In this document: piece by piece, positions 1 to 12,499 of the stretch | Numbering within the stretch: position 1 is the stretch's first letter | Layout: each line of letters opens with the position of its first letter | From: Octopus sinensis | Taxonomy: Eukaryota | NCBI RefSeq assembly: GCF_006345805.1 | Contig: NC_043024.1 | Coordinates: 9,052,001 to 9,116,000 of the forward strand | Length of the DNA: 64,000 nucleotides | Reading direction: 5' to 3' | Notes under the pieces: generated by a model | Told to the model about the DNA's origin: nothing | Seen by the model: only the letters and a program-made list of their open reading frames with translations | The model's database searches: none | Position numbers and translations under genes: made by a program

Positions 1-1392
1 AACTTCCATGCTTCCTGACACTCGCCAACACTACGCCTGATTTTCTCCCCTCCATACACACGCAAGCATGTATCTGACTCATACACTGTTCACTTCCCAG
101 ACATTTGTACATTACTGCATATGCTTTATACACACTTTCTGAGAAGTTGTAGTGCACCTGAGCACTATATACAATAACTTCATTATTATTATTAAAATAA
201 TTAAATTTTCTTTCAGAAACATTTTTTCACGCTGAGAGTTGCTGAAGTATGGAACAGACTGCCGGCATCAGTTGTTAGTTGTGGAGCACTGCATCCTTCA
301 AAACTTCCATGCTTCCTGACACTCGCCAACACTACGCCTGATTTTCTCCCCTCCAGACACACGCAAGCATGTATCTGACTCATACACTGTTCACTTCCCA
401 GACATTTGTACATTACTGCATATGCTTTATACACACTTTCTGAGAAGTTGTAGTGCACCTGAGCACTATATACAATAACTTCATTATTATTATTAAAATA
501 ATTAAATTTTCTTTCAGAAACATTTTTTCACGCTAAGAGTTGCTGAAGTATGGAACAGACTGCCGGCATCAGTTGTTAGTTGTTGGAGCACTGCATCCTT
601 CAAAACTTCCATGCTTCCTGACACTCGCCAACACTACGCCTGATTTTCTCCCCTCCATACACACGCAAGCATGTATCTGACTCATACACTGTTCACTTCC
701 CAGACATTTGTACATTACTGCATATGCTTTATACACACTTTCTGAGAAGTTGTAGTGCACCTGAGCACTATATACAATAACTTCATTATTATTATTAAAA
801 TAATTAAATTTTCTTTCAGAAACATTTTTTCACGCTAAGAGTTGCTGAAGTATGGAACAGACTGCCGGCATCAGTTGTTAGTTGTTGGAGCACTGCATCC
901 TTCAAAACTTCCATGCTTCCTGACACTCGCCAACACTACGCCTGATTTTCTCCCCTCCAGACACACGCAAGCATGTATCTGACTCATACACTGTTCACTT
1001 CCCAGACATTTGTACATTACTGCATATGCTTTATATGCACTTTCTGACAAGTTGTGGTGCACCTGAGCACTGTATACAATAATTTCATTATTATTATTAT
1101 TATTAAAATAATTAAATTTTCTTTCGGAAACATTTTTTCACGCTAAGAGTTGCTGAAGTATGGAACAGACTGCCGGCATCAGTTGTTAGTTGTTGGAGCA
1201 CTGCATCCTTCAAAACTTCCATGCTTCCTGAGATTCACCAACACTACACCTGATTTTCTCCCCACCATACACACATAAGCATGTATCTGACTCATACACT
1301 GTTCACTTCCCAGACATTTGTACATTACTGCATATGCTTTATACACACTTTCTGACAAGTTGTAGTGCACCTGAGCACTGTATACAATAATT

Positions 1393-1424
<32 letters not shown>
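1..1424 (+). repeat. Tandem array (4 full + 1 partial units, 301-308 bp) of the 3' end of a CR1-group LINE
   Basis: Each unit carries the ORF2 C-terminus (RKHFFTLRVAEVWNRLPASVVS...), the 3' UTR and an (ATT)n tail. Anchor motif ATTTTTTCAC at 221, 522, 824 and 1132. Homologous to 25370-26575 and 29921-30315. Confidence 0.9.
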
Positions 1425-1428
<4 letters not shown>

Positions 1429-2034
1429 GGCTATGGAAAACTTATTAAACAAAAGAGACATTGAAACTATTGAAAACCCAAGATTCCTGACAGGCAGGGC
1501 TGGATTTATGGGGTTTCGAAGGGGGCAAAATGCCTCAGGCCCCAATCGATATCAAGGGCACTGTTATGAAGGGTATGGAGCTCTCAATACAGGGAGGCCA
1601 CACAACCCAACAATCTTTATGCAGATGCTCTCGTTTGATATACAAACACATCGTTAAAATGTCATGGATCCTCATTTTATTTAAATAACCAGTTTTAATT
1701 TCATTAGTGGCACCAATTTATTCAATTGAAAAACAGTTGCTACCCACTCCCAAAGCAGCAACATTTTCCTGTGGGAATTAATTTTTGCTACTTTTGGGAA
1801 AATGATAGAAAAATGGGAAGAAAAAAAACACTCCAAAACATGTATAAATGTTTGTATATTTGCATGTGTATGTGTGTACGAGCCTTTCCTTTATCTCCGT
1901 TTACATATACACGTCTTTTGTATACCAAACCCAGACTGTTAAATTTGTTTATCTGCATATTTACTTTTATGTACGTATGTATTAACATATGTATGTATCT
2001 ATGTATCTACGTATGTACAGTCACAGCCAGGATG

Positions 2035-4610
2035 GACGGCTCAAAAGCATTGAGCTGGCAGAAACATGAGCATGCTCAGTTCAAATTCCACCGAGGTCGA
2101 CTTTGCCTTTCATCCTTTCAGGGTCGATTAAATTAGTACCAGTTATGCACTGGGGTCGATATAATCGACTTATTCCGTTTGTCTGTCCTCTCTGTATTTA
2201 GCCCCTTGTGGGTAGTAAAGAAATAGGTATTTCGTCTGCCGTTACGTTCTGAGTTCAAATTCCACCGAGGTCAACTTTGCCTTTCATCCTTTCGGAGTCG
2301 ATCAAATAAGTACCAGTTATGCACTGGGGTTGATATAATCGACTTAATCCGTTTGTCTGTCCTCTCTGTATTTAGCCCCTTGTGGGTAGTAAAGAAATAG
2401 GTATTTCGTCTGCCGTTAGGTTCTGAGTTCAAATTCCACCGAGGTCAACTTTGCCTTTCATCCTTTCGGAGTCGATTAAATTAGTACCAGTTATGCACTG
2501 GGGTCGATATAATCGACTTATTCCGTTTGTCTGTCCTCTCTGTGTTTAGCCCCTTGTGGGTAGTAAAGAAATAGGTATTTCGTCTGCCGTTACGTTCTGA
2601 GTTCAAATTCCGCCGAGGTCGACTTTGCCTTTCATCCTTTCGGGGGTCGATTAAATAAGTACCAGTTACGCACTGCAGTCGATGTAATCGACTTAATCCG
2701 TTTGTCTGTCCTTGCTTGTTCCCTCTGTGTTTAGCCCCTTGTGGGTAGTAAAGAAATAGGTATTTCGTCTGCCGTTACGTTCTGAGTTCAAATTCCGCCG
2801 AGGTCGACTTTGCCTTTCATCCTTTCGGAGTCGATCAAATAAGTACCAGTTATGCACTGGGGTTGATATAATCGACTTAATCCCTTTGTTTGTCCTCTCT
2901 GTGTTTAGCCCCTTGTGGGTAGTAAAGAAGTAGGTATTTCGTCTGCCGTTACGTTCTGAGTTCAAATTCCACCGAGGTCAACTTTGCCTTTCATCCTTTC
3001 GGAGTCGATCAAATAAGTACCAGTTATGCACTGGGGTTGATATAATCGACTTAATCCCTTTGTTTGTCCTCTCTGTGTTTAGTAAAGAAATAGGTATTTC
3101 GTCTGCCGTTACGTTCTGAGTTCAAATTCCGCCGAGGTCGACTTTGCCTTTCATCCTTTCGGGGGTCGATTAAATAAGTACCAGTTACGCACTGCAGTCG
3201 ATGTAATCGACTTAATCCGTTTGTCTGTCCTTGCTTGTTCCCTCTGTGTTTAGCCCCTTGTGGGTAGTAAAGAAATAGGTATTTCGTCTGCCGTTACGTT
3301 CTGAGTTCAAATTCCACCGAGGTCAACTTTGCCTTTCATCCTTTCGGAGTCGATCAAATAAGTACCAGTTACGCACTGGGGTCGATATAACCGACTTAAT
3401 CCCTTTGTTTGTCCCCTCTGTGTTTAGCCCCTTGTGGGTAGTAAAGAAATAGGTATTTCGTCTGCCGTTACGTTCTGAGTTCAAATTCCACCGAGGTCAA
3501 CTTTGCCTTTCATCCTTTCGGAGTCGATCAAATAAGTACCAGTTATGCACTGGGGTTGATATAATCGACTTAATCCCTTTGTTTGTCCTCTCTGTGTTTA
3601 GCCCCTTGTGGGTAGTAAAGAAATAGGTATTTCGTCTGCCGTTACGTTCTGAGTTCAAATTCCGCCGAGGTCGACTTTGCCTTTCGGGGGTCGATTAAAT
3701 AAGTACCAGTTACGCACTGCAGTCGATGTAATCGACTTAATCCGTTTGTCTGTCCTTGCTTGTTCCCTCTGTGTTTAGCCCCTTGTGGGTAGTAAAGAAA
3801 TAGGTATTTCGTCTGCCGTTAGGTTCTGAGTTCAAATTCCACCGAGGTCAACTTTGCCTTTCATCCTTTCGGAGTCGATCAAATAAGTACCAGTTACGCA
3901 CTGGGGTCGATATAACCGACTTAATCCCTTTGTTTGTCCTCTCTGTGTTTAGCCCCTTGTGGGTAGTAAAGAAATAGGTATTTCGTCTGCCGTTACGTTC
4001 TGAGTTCAAATTCCACCGAGGTCAACTTTGCCTTTCATCCTTTCGGAGTCGATCAAATAAGTACCAGTTATGCACTGGGGTTGATATAATCGACTTAATC
4101 CCTTTGTTTGTCCTCTCTGTGTTTAGCCCCTTGTGGGTAGTAAAGAAATAGGTATTTCGTCTGCCGTTACGTTCTGAGTTCAAATTCCGCCGAGGTCGAC
4201 TTTGCCTTTCATCCTTTCGGAGTTGATCAAATAAGTACCAGTTACGCAATGGGGTCGATATAATCGACTTAATCCCTTTATCTGTCCTCTCTGTGTTTAG
4301 CCCCTTATGGGTAGTAAAGAAATAGGTATTTCGTCTGCCGTTAGGTTCTGAGTTCAAATTCCACCGAGGTCGACTTTGCCTTTCGTTCTTTCGGGGTCGA
4401 TTAAATAAGTACCAGTTACCCACTGGGGTTGATATAATCGACTTAATCCCTTTATCTGTCCTCTCTGTGTTTAGCCCCTTGTGGGTAGTAAAGAAATAGG
4501 TATTTCGTCTGCCGTTACGTTCTGAGTTCAAATTCCGCGGAGATCGACTTTGCCTTTCATCCTTTTGGGGTCGATTAAATAAGTACCAGTTACGCACTGG
4601 GGTCGATATA
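2035..4610 (+). repeat. SINE-derived tandem array (about 14 units of 160-186 bp) from a tRNA-headed SINE with a Meta-like central domain
   Basis: GGTATTTCGTCTGCC recurs 14 times (2227-4499). The unit has a B-box (GAGTTCAAATT) and GCCTTTCATCCTTTCGGGGTCGATTAAATAAGTACCAG, which resembles the MetaSINE core (from recall). A headed copy is at 29793. Confidence 0.85.
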
Positions 4611-4629
4611 AATGCATAAAATTGTGGCA

Positions 4630-5000
4630 CCAGAGTTTCATCCAAAAACATAATTCGTTTCCACAAACCAATTTTTATATTTTTGGCAAAATTCCAAACG
4701 ATTAGCAATGTTTTATAAGGTTAACCTTGGTTTCTTTGAAAGTTTGTGACTTAATGCCAGCATCAAATTATATTCTATGAATTGTTCTTTGGTTAGGAAT
4801 TTTATCTTCTTGCGATAGACCAGCTTGAATATCTTCGGAAGACCTTCTGGCGGCTCGAATAGTGTCGTCCATTCATTTAGTAGTGGTTTTAGACAAACTG
4901 TAGTCTTGTCAAACCCATATTTTCCAGTAGACTTCAAGTCGTTTATTGACCTTAAAACAGTTCTCTGGGTTAATTTCAATCTTGTTACCACTTTTACCCC
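4630..5000 (-). pseudogene. Tc1-like transposase remnant
   Basis: Across frameshifts the minus strand reads MDDTIRAARRS...KKPRLTL*NIANRLEFCQKYKNW..WKRIMFLDET, i.e. the Tc3-type HTH region leading into the first catalytic Asp. Confidence 0.65.
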
Positions 5001-5177
5001 TCCGCAAAAAATCCAAAATTTTATTTAATTTGCTTTGCGGGAAGGACTGTTTCAATGAAGTCGCGTCTTGCCCTTACCTTCTTTCAAAACGTTGCTTGCT
5101 TTTTACTCAGCCTGATATACATACATGAGTGAGTGTACAAATGAAAGGGCACTCAACACATTTATTGGGAGTTCTCT

Positions 5178-5555
5178 TTTACTTGTTTCAGTCATTTGAC
5201 TGCGGCCATGCTGGAGCACCGCCTTTAGTCGAGCAAATCGACCCCGGGACTTATTCTTTGTAAGCCCAGTACTTATTCTATCGGTCTCTTTTTGCCGAAC
5301 CGCTAAGTTACGGGGACGTAAACACACCAGCATCGGTTGTCAAGCAATGCTAGGGGGACAAACATAGACACACAAACACACATACATATATACGACAGGC
5401 TTCTTTCAGTTTCCGTCTACCAAATCCACTCACAAGGCATTGGTCGACCCGGGGCTATAGCAGAAGACACTTGCCCAAGATGCCACGCAGTGGGACTGAA
5501 CCCAGAACCATGAGGTTGGTTAGCAAGCTACTTACCACACAGCCACTCCTGCGCC
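5178..5555 (-). mobile_element. SINE family A (tRNA head, internal TA/TG tract, CAGTC-AAAT-GACTG tail hairpin)
   Basis: Near-identical copies at 17975-18362(+), 32465-32745(+), 35685-36080(-), 36305-36650(+), 44826-45260(-), 45700-46325(-), 47250-47695(-), 62775-63100(-), 63600-63865(+). Confidence 0.9.
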
Positions 5556-5589
5556 TATATATATGGATCAAAACAGTTTGATATTCCTT

Positions 5590-6053
5590 GGTACTCCGAA
5601 TTTCAAGAGCGGCTAACCGGCTTCCGTGCCAGTGGCACATAAAAGGGCACCATTCGAGTATGATCGTTACCAGCGTCACCTTACTGGCACTTGTGCATGT
5701 GCTAGTAGGGTGCTCATCCGAGCCTGATCATTGCCAGAGCAGCCAACTGGCTTCCGTACCCGTGGCACATAAAGGGAACCATTCAAGTGTGATCGTTACC
5801 AACGTCGCTTCACTGGCACGTGTAAGAAGATTCGAGTGAGGTCGTTGCCAGTACCGCCTGACTGGCGCCCATGCCAGTGGCACATAAAAAGCACCCACTA
5901 CACTCTCGAAGTGGTTGGCATTAGGAAGGACATCCAGCTGTAGAAACTCAGATCAGATTGGAGCCTGGCGCAGCTATCTGGTTCGCCAGCCCTCAGTCAA
6001 AATCGTCCAACCCATGCTAGCATGGAAAGCAGACGTTAAATGATGATGATGAT
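5590..6053 (+). mobile_element. SINE family C with (GAT)n tail
   Basis: GGTTGGCGTTAGGAAGGGCATCCAGCTGTAGAAAC...CCATGCTAGCATGGAAAGCGGACGTTAAACGATGATG. Other copies at 10267-10418, 10690-11030, 41075-41293, 42305-42500, 46565-46710(-), 51960-52317, 55565-55790(-), 59265-59700(-), 61126-61385(-). Confidence 0.85.
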
Positions 6054-6419
6054 GGAAATTTGAAATTTTCAGTAGCTGAGGATTAGCATCACCAAGAAAT
6101 TTGAACCAAGCTGTTTTGATCCATATATATATCTGTTGATTTATCAGCAATAAATTACAGGACACAATACAAAGTTAGAACATTTTTTAATACATTATAA
6201 CAGAAAGATTCCAATTGTCAGTACTCTGAGTTATTCATTTCCGATCATCAGCTGATAAAACTATTAAAACCAAGCCTGGTTTCCTTTTGAAATTTTCACT
6301 GTTTGAATATTTTTTTTGAAATATGAAATGAAAGTTTGAAGAAAAGTTTCCTTAAAGGAAAGCTGAAAATGACACCTTCAACACTTGGGGCTCTGGGGTT
6401 CCAACAATCCAAGAAAAAG

Positions 6420-7470
6420 GAGTCTGCTATCATACTCTTAAGGATATTGGCAATGCTGAAGACACCAAAACCCAACTAGACAACCAGCGAATGGCAGTTG
6501 ATAAAAGCCAGTTGTTTGGAAGGTTCAAAGTATGGTGTTTCCAGTATGACATCACACCTAGACTGCAGGGGCCGTTTTCATTCCATAACTTTTAAAAGAC
6601 TTGGGACATAGGCAATGGAAAAGCTGTCTAGTAAGCTCATATGAAGATGGCTAGGCATTGCCCCAAATTTCAGCTCTGTTTGTTCAGTAAGACCTCTCTA
6701 AACTCCACAAATTAATTTCCTCAGTAGCAGAGGAATTCAAAACCGCAAAAACAAGAGCAATCACCATATTGCTTATGGCTGAGAATGAGAAAGTCAGACA
6801 CACCCGCAAGACCATAAAGGTGTGAAAGCAAATGGAAATTTCAGGAGATTGCCGGAGTAGTCTGTCAAGGAAAAGCACCAATACCAGAGGTAAGAGAGGG
6901 GCCCATAGTGCAAAGGATCTATGATTAAACTGAGGATTGCCAGGTGAAGGCAGGTTCAATGGGTGCAAAAGGACCAGGTACTTGAACAGCTACTGTTCTG
7001 GAAGGAACTCTGGAGTACTGAACAGGGATTAGTTGGTTGTTTGGTATGTGTTTTGAGTTTTAGTTAAGTTCTTCTTGAGAGAGTTGAAGCTGGTCGCTAA
7101 CAAAGCGACAAGACTTTTTCGAGTTAAGAAAGTTCCCGGTGTTTGTAAATATGTGGTTCAGTTAGTGTGTTGGTTGAGCTGTCAATGCACACACCAAAGC
7201 TAATCCTCCTGGAGGGCATTATTGCCTAAATTGATAACGATGGCTTTACACAGAAGGAAGTACTAGCAAAGAATGACACTGGATGGTAGAACCCTAATGG
7301 TCACCTCCTGGAAAATTGCAGAGAGTTAAAACTAACAATTACTAGTATAGTTTTCCAACAAGACAGGCAACTTGGAGGCACCACAGATCATCTGATAGAC
7401 CAGGCGATTGTTTGGCAGCGAGACAAAAATGACATTTGGTTAGTCCACATTACTCTGTAAGGAACACAGG
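6420..7470 (+). mobile_element. Degraded HERO/R2-group (restriction-like endonuclease) LINE fragment
   Basis: Relic frames DKSQLFGRFKVWCFQY..PRL, RWLGIAPNFSSV and SSVAEEFKTAK match the post-RT region of HERO-type elements as recalled. Many stops and frameshifts. Confidence 0.6.
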
Positions 7471-7699
7471 AGCAGTTTCCTGGTTTCTCTGGCATATGTA
7501 CTCTTCCTCAGACAGGATGCTGGTCTGTTGGAGGATTATTCATTTTTACCAGCTGAGTGATCTGGAGCAACATGAAATGAAGTGTGTTGCTCAAGAATGC
7601 AAGGATCACTCAGTCCAGGAATTGAAACCGCAATATTACTATCATGAGTCCAACACCCTGACCGCTAAGCCATGACCCATAAAATGACGTTTACATTTC

Positions 7700-8010
7700 C
7701 GGAATGAAGCTTTATCGTTCGGGTTCTGGCTCTGAGGCGGTGTAGATTCAAAATGTTTCCATCTGTCCTAAACTGGATAAGCACACCTTTGTTTAACATC
7801 TCTGAATGCAGCAGGGCTGAGAAGTAAACTGCAAACAAGACAGAGGCCATTACACAACCCTGCTTGGTTCCAGTCTTCATAAGGAATGTATAAGAAGCTG
7901 AACCACCTTCCACCATGGAGGCCATCATACCATCTCATTACTCTGACCGTCTTTTTGGGGCACCACCCAGATTTGTTGAGGGCTTCCCAGAGAGTATCAC
8001 AGTTTGCCAT
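7700..8010 (-). mobile_element. RTE/BovB-type reverse transcriptase fragment
   Basis: KTGTKQGCVMASVLFAVYFSALL...VLIQFRTDGNILNLHRLRARTR matches the GVKQGC RT motif of RTE-BovB elements. Confidence 0.75.
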
Positions 8011-8014
8011 ACCA

Positions 8015-8357
8015 AAGTACCTGCACCAGGATAATACACCTGTTCGCAATTTCATCCTGGTAACCAACTACTTTACAGAGATGGCCATCAAAAATATTCC
8101 TCACTCATCCTAAAATCCAGACCTTGCTCCCTGTGACTCTTGGTTGCTCCCCAAGTTGAAAGAATGTGACACGTGTCCTGGACACCTCCACTTTGGAGGG
8201 CTTTCATGGAAGCCTTCACAAAGTGGCTGGAGCACTACAGCAAATGCATTGAAGTCGGTGGAGCCTACTTTGAAAGAGATAAAGAGTTTTGGACGTTTTT
8301 GAAATCAACAAATGCCTTTCCTGTAAACATCTCAAAACTCACAGAATGCACCTTATA
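8015..8357 (+). mobile_element. Mariner transposase 3' fragment with right TIR
   Basis: LHQDNTPVRNFILVTNY, degenerate YSPDLAPCD, KWLEHYSKCIEVGGAYFE, followed by TIR-like ACAGAATGCACCTTATA. Confidence 0.8.
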
Positions 8358-8379
8358 TTTACTATTTGCTGCAGTGCTA

Positions 8380-10130
8380 AGTGAAATTATTAACGATCAA
8401 GTTTTGCAGAGTATATACAATACTCTCAACTCTTTACAGACGTTGCGTAACTTCGGTAATCAGCAAAATAACATGGAATTAATTTGTGAAATTATTAACG
8501 ATCAAGTTTTGCAGAGTATATACAAAACTCTCAACTCATATAAGACATTGCGTAACTTCGGTAATCAGCAAAATAACATGGAATTAACTTGTAAAATTAT
8601 TAACGATCAAGTTTTTCAGAGCATATACAATGTTCTCAACTCATAACAGACGTTGCGTAACTTCGGTAATCAGCAAAATAACATGGAATTAATTTGTGAA
8701 ATTATTAACGATCAAGTTTTTCAGAGCATATACAATGCTATCAACTCATATAAGACGTTGCATAACTTGGGAAATCAGCAAAATAACATGGAATTAATTT
8801 GTGAAATTATTAACGATCAAGTTTTTCAGAGCATATACAATGCTATCAACTCATATAAGACGTTGCGTAACTTGGGAAATCAGCAAAATAACATGGAATT
8901 AATTTGTGAAATTATTAACGATCAAGTTTTTCAGAGCATATACAATACTCTCAACTCATAAGACATTGCGTAACTTAGGAAATCAGATGGAATTAACTTG
9001 TAAAATCAACAAGTGGAATTAACTGATGTAAGTAGTCAGTAAAATTTTCGATTATTTTGACAGTGTCACATCCTCTGACACCCTGGAAGAGATAAAGAGT
9101 TTTGGACATTTTTGAAAGCAACAAATGCCTTTCCTGTAAAAATCACAGAACTTACAGAATGCACCTTATATTTACTATTTGCTGCAGTCTAAATGAAATT
9201 ATTAACGATCAAGTTTTTCAGAGCATATACAATACTCTCAACTCATAACAGACGTTGCGTAACTTGTGAATTCAGCAAAATAACATGGAATTAATTTGTG
9301 AAATTATTAATGATCAAGTTTTTCAGAGCATATACAATGCTCTCAACTCATATAAGACGTTGCGTAACTTAGGAATTCAGCAAAACAACATGAAATTAAT
9401 TGATGGAAGCAGTCAGTAAAATTTTCAATTATTTTGACAATGTCACATTCTCCGTCACCCTGGAAGAGATAAAGAGTTTTGGACATTTTTGAAATCAACA
9501 AATGCCTTTCCTGTAAAAATCACAGAACTTACAGAACGCACCTTGAATTTACTATTTGCTGCAGTGCTAAGTGAAATTATTAACGATCAAGTTTTTCAGA
9601 GTATATACAGTACTCTCAACTCATATAAGACGTTGCGTAACTTGTGAATTCAGCAAAATAACATGGAATTAATTTGTGAAATTATTAATGATCAAGTTTT
9701 TCAGAGCATATACAATGCTCTCAACTCATATAAGACATTGCGTAACTTAGGAAATCCGCAAAGCAACTTGAAATTAACTGATGGAAGTAGTCAGTAAAAT
9801 TTTCAATTATTTTGACAATGTCACATCCTCCGTCACCCTGGAAGAGATAAAGAGTTTTGGACATTTTTGAAATCAACAAATGCCTTTCCTGTAAAAATCA
9901 CAGAACTTACAGAATGCACCTTGAATTTACTATTTGCTGCAGTCCTAAGTGAAATTATTAACGATCAAGTTTTGCAGAGCATATACAATACTATCAACTC
10001 ATATAAGACATTGCGTAACTTGGGAAATCAACTAAGTAACATGGAATTAACTTGTAAAATCAACAAGTGGAATTAACTGATGGAAATAGCCAGTAAAATT
10101 TTCGATTATTTTGACAGTGTCACATTCTCT
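8380..10130. repeat. Two-level tandem repeat: about 120-bp units plus 378-bp higher-order units containing the mariner right end
   Basis: ATTAACGATCAAGTTTT recurs at about 120-bp spacing (8390-8920). CCCTGGAAGAGATAAAGAG recurs at about 9081, 9459 and 9837. Confidence 0.9.
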
Positions 10131-11299
10131 GTCAGCCTGGGACAAAACCTCCGTAAGCACTACTCTTTTCTTGAGATTCTATTTGCTGGAATTAAGCCTA
10201 CTCCAACTGACTGCAGTCTCACTACAGCTTCTGTACCACCCATTTCTCTGTTTGGTTATTTCACAATTTTGGCGTTAGGAAGGGCATCCAGCTGTAGAAA
10301 CTCTGCCAGATCAGACTGGAGCCTGGTGCAGCCATCTGGTTCGCCAGCCCTCAGTCAAAATCGTCCAACCCATGCTAGCATGGGAAGCAGGCGCTAAACG
10401 ATGATGATGATGATGATGGCAACCCATAGCTTCAAAATCCAAACAATATTCTCTGGATGGCCAGAAATTTTAAAATTCTGAGGAGCTGTTAGTTAAAGGA
10501 GACTATTACCAAGCCAAGAGCAGTATGGTTTTTCTCCAGTCTGAATACATCTGTGAGCAGTTAAGTCACAATTTCGAGATAAGGATTTACTACATATATG
10601 ATAGCAGTAAGGCTTTTCTCCTGTATGAATGAGTACATGAGAAGATAAAGTACCAATTCAAGAGAAGGATCTATCGTGCATATGACAGCAATAAGGCTTG
10701 GCTTACTAGCACTTGTGCTGGTGGCACGTGAAAAAAACATTCGAGCGAGGTCGTTGCCAGTGCCACTGGACTGGCTCCTGTGCAGGTGGCACATAAAAAG
10801 CACCATTTGAGCGTGGCCATTGCCAGTACCATCTAACTGGACCATGTGCCGGTGGCAAATAAAAGCACCCACTACACTCTCGGAGTGGTTGGTGTAAGGA
10901 AGGGCATCCAGCTGTAGAAACTCTGCCAGATCAAGATTGGAGCCTGGTGCAGCCATCTGGTTCGCCAGACCTCAGTCAAATCATCCAACCCATGCTGGCA
11001 TGGAAAGCGGACGTTAAATGATGATGATGATCACCATAATATGGTCTCTCACCTGCATGAATAGATCAGTGTCTAAAGAGCTTATCTCTTTGAAAGAGAA
11101 TGATTTACAACAGATATCACATAATATGGTTTCTCTCCTGTACAATGGTGGGCTGAATAGTTCATATGCTGACTATGAAGGAATGCTGCTAGAGCTGTGA
11201 AATCGTTTGTGCATTAATTTCAACTCCTCTAATCAATAATGGCAATGCTTCCTTCTAGATAAACTAACAACTCACTGTACAAAGAAGACTTCAAAAGTA

Positions 11300-12360
11300 A
11301 CTAGTCGCGGCTTCTCTTAAAAACGGACAAAATTCGACGTCGTGGTATTATCAAGTACCTACTGACAAGAGCTCGGATTTGTGGGGTGTCACCCCTGATG
11401 GAGCCAAAGTGAATCAGGACATTATCTGCCGGGGTCTGGGTGGCAGAGGACCCATGCTATTAAATGTGAAGTTGTTGCTGACGGCTGATTAAGTTGGGTC
11501 AAAAACGGTTTTGACCCTGTGGACCCAATCACCCGCAAAAGATCTGGTGTTCCCAGATTTTTTAAGGATGGCCAGAAACAGGTATACGGTGATACTTGAG
11601 GAACGTCCCCCTCAAGTGTCACCTGTGCTTGGAATCGGGCCATATTAAAAAAAAACTGTCCCCAGTACCAGAGCAAGGTCCTGGAACAGTTGGTGACAAA
11701 GGAATCTACACCTCCACAGTCAGCGGGGGAGATATAAATGGTCGAGGAATTGGAGACCGCTTCAAAAAGAAAAAAAGGGCCATAAGAGGAAGGTGCACAA
11801 CAATGGGGACCCACCAAAGGTTGTGGGAGGGAGGGAAGACCTTCTGGATAAAATGGAAGAACTCCACCCTCCCATAGCACAAGAAAAGAAAAAGAAAAAA
11901 AAAAACAATGGGACTTTGCTGGCAGTTAGGGGTACACTGCCATCATGTCTTGAAACCCCGTCGGAGGAAACTATGACCACCCCCATGGAGTTGGAGTATG
12001 TGGTCTTCTTTTACAAGGGAGGGGCTGTAAGAACTTCATTAAGAAGTTGGAAAGAAAATGCCGAAGGGGTTCTGGACTGCATGGAGGACCCCGGTTGGCC
12101 TACGCAGGTAACTGCGGAGGTCATATGGGAAAATGATCTATGCAGAATTTTCGACTCTTTCCCCAAGGACACAAATAGATTTGCCCTAAAGTGCAACATA
12201 ACACCATTAAGGTGGGTGCTTCAAGGAGGCACATAGCCCAGTCGGGAGGAGGAGGAGTAGGCGCCTTAGTGCCTCGAGTTGGAACTTAATTGGACAAAAG
12301 GTAAGAGGCTTAGCGCCTCATTTTTGTGAGGATGTTGTGTCCATGGTTGAATAATTGTAA
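11300..12360 (+). mobile_element. Retroelement ORF1/gag-like relic with CCHC zinc knuckle (L1/Tx1-like suspected)
   Basis: Removing one A from the 9-A run at 11647-11655 gives ILEERPLK-CHLCLESGHIKKNC-PQY (CX2CX4HX4C). Lys-rich downstream region. No RT seen. Confidence 0.55.
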
Positions 12361-12499
12361 GAGGTTCAATATCTCATTTTGTGTCTATTTGTATAAAAAT
12401 AAAAAAAGGGAACAATGTTTTCAGGAAGCTGCAATCGGCGGGTGCTGTCTGCCCTCCCCCAAAAATCATCTTTTCATTTTTTTTCAAGCCAATTTTTAG

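Noticed and set aside
213-1370. Repeated 63-aa minus-strand ORFs (MHYNFSES..., also 25417-26532 and 29899-30270)
   Set aside because: Antisense reading of the CR1 3' UTR and ORF2 end. The protein-like frame is on the plus strand.
2035-4610. CRISPR-like regular repeats and ORFs 2693-2965 and 4022-4708
   Set aside because: Whole units repeat with no unique spacers and no cas genes. The ORFs are antisense translations of SINE units.
4713-4991. 92-aa ORF as a host-gene exon
   Set aside because: Better explained as a frameshifted mixture of Tc1 transposase frames.
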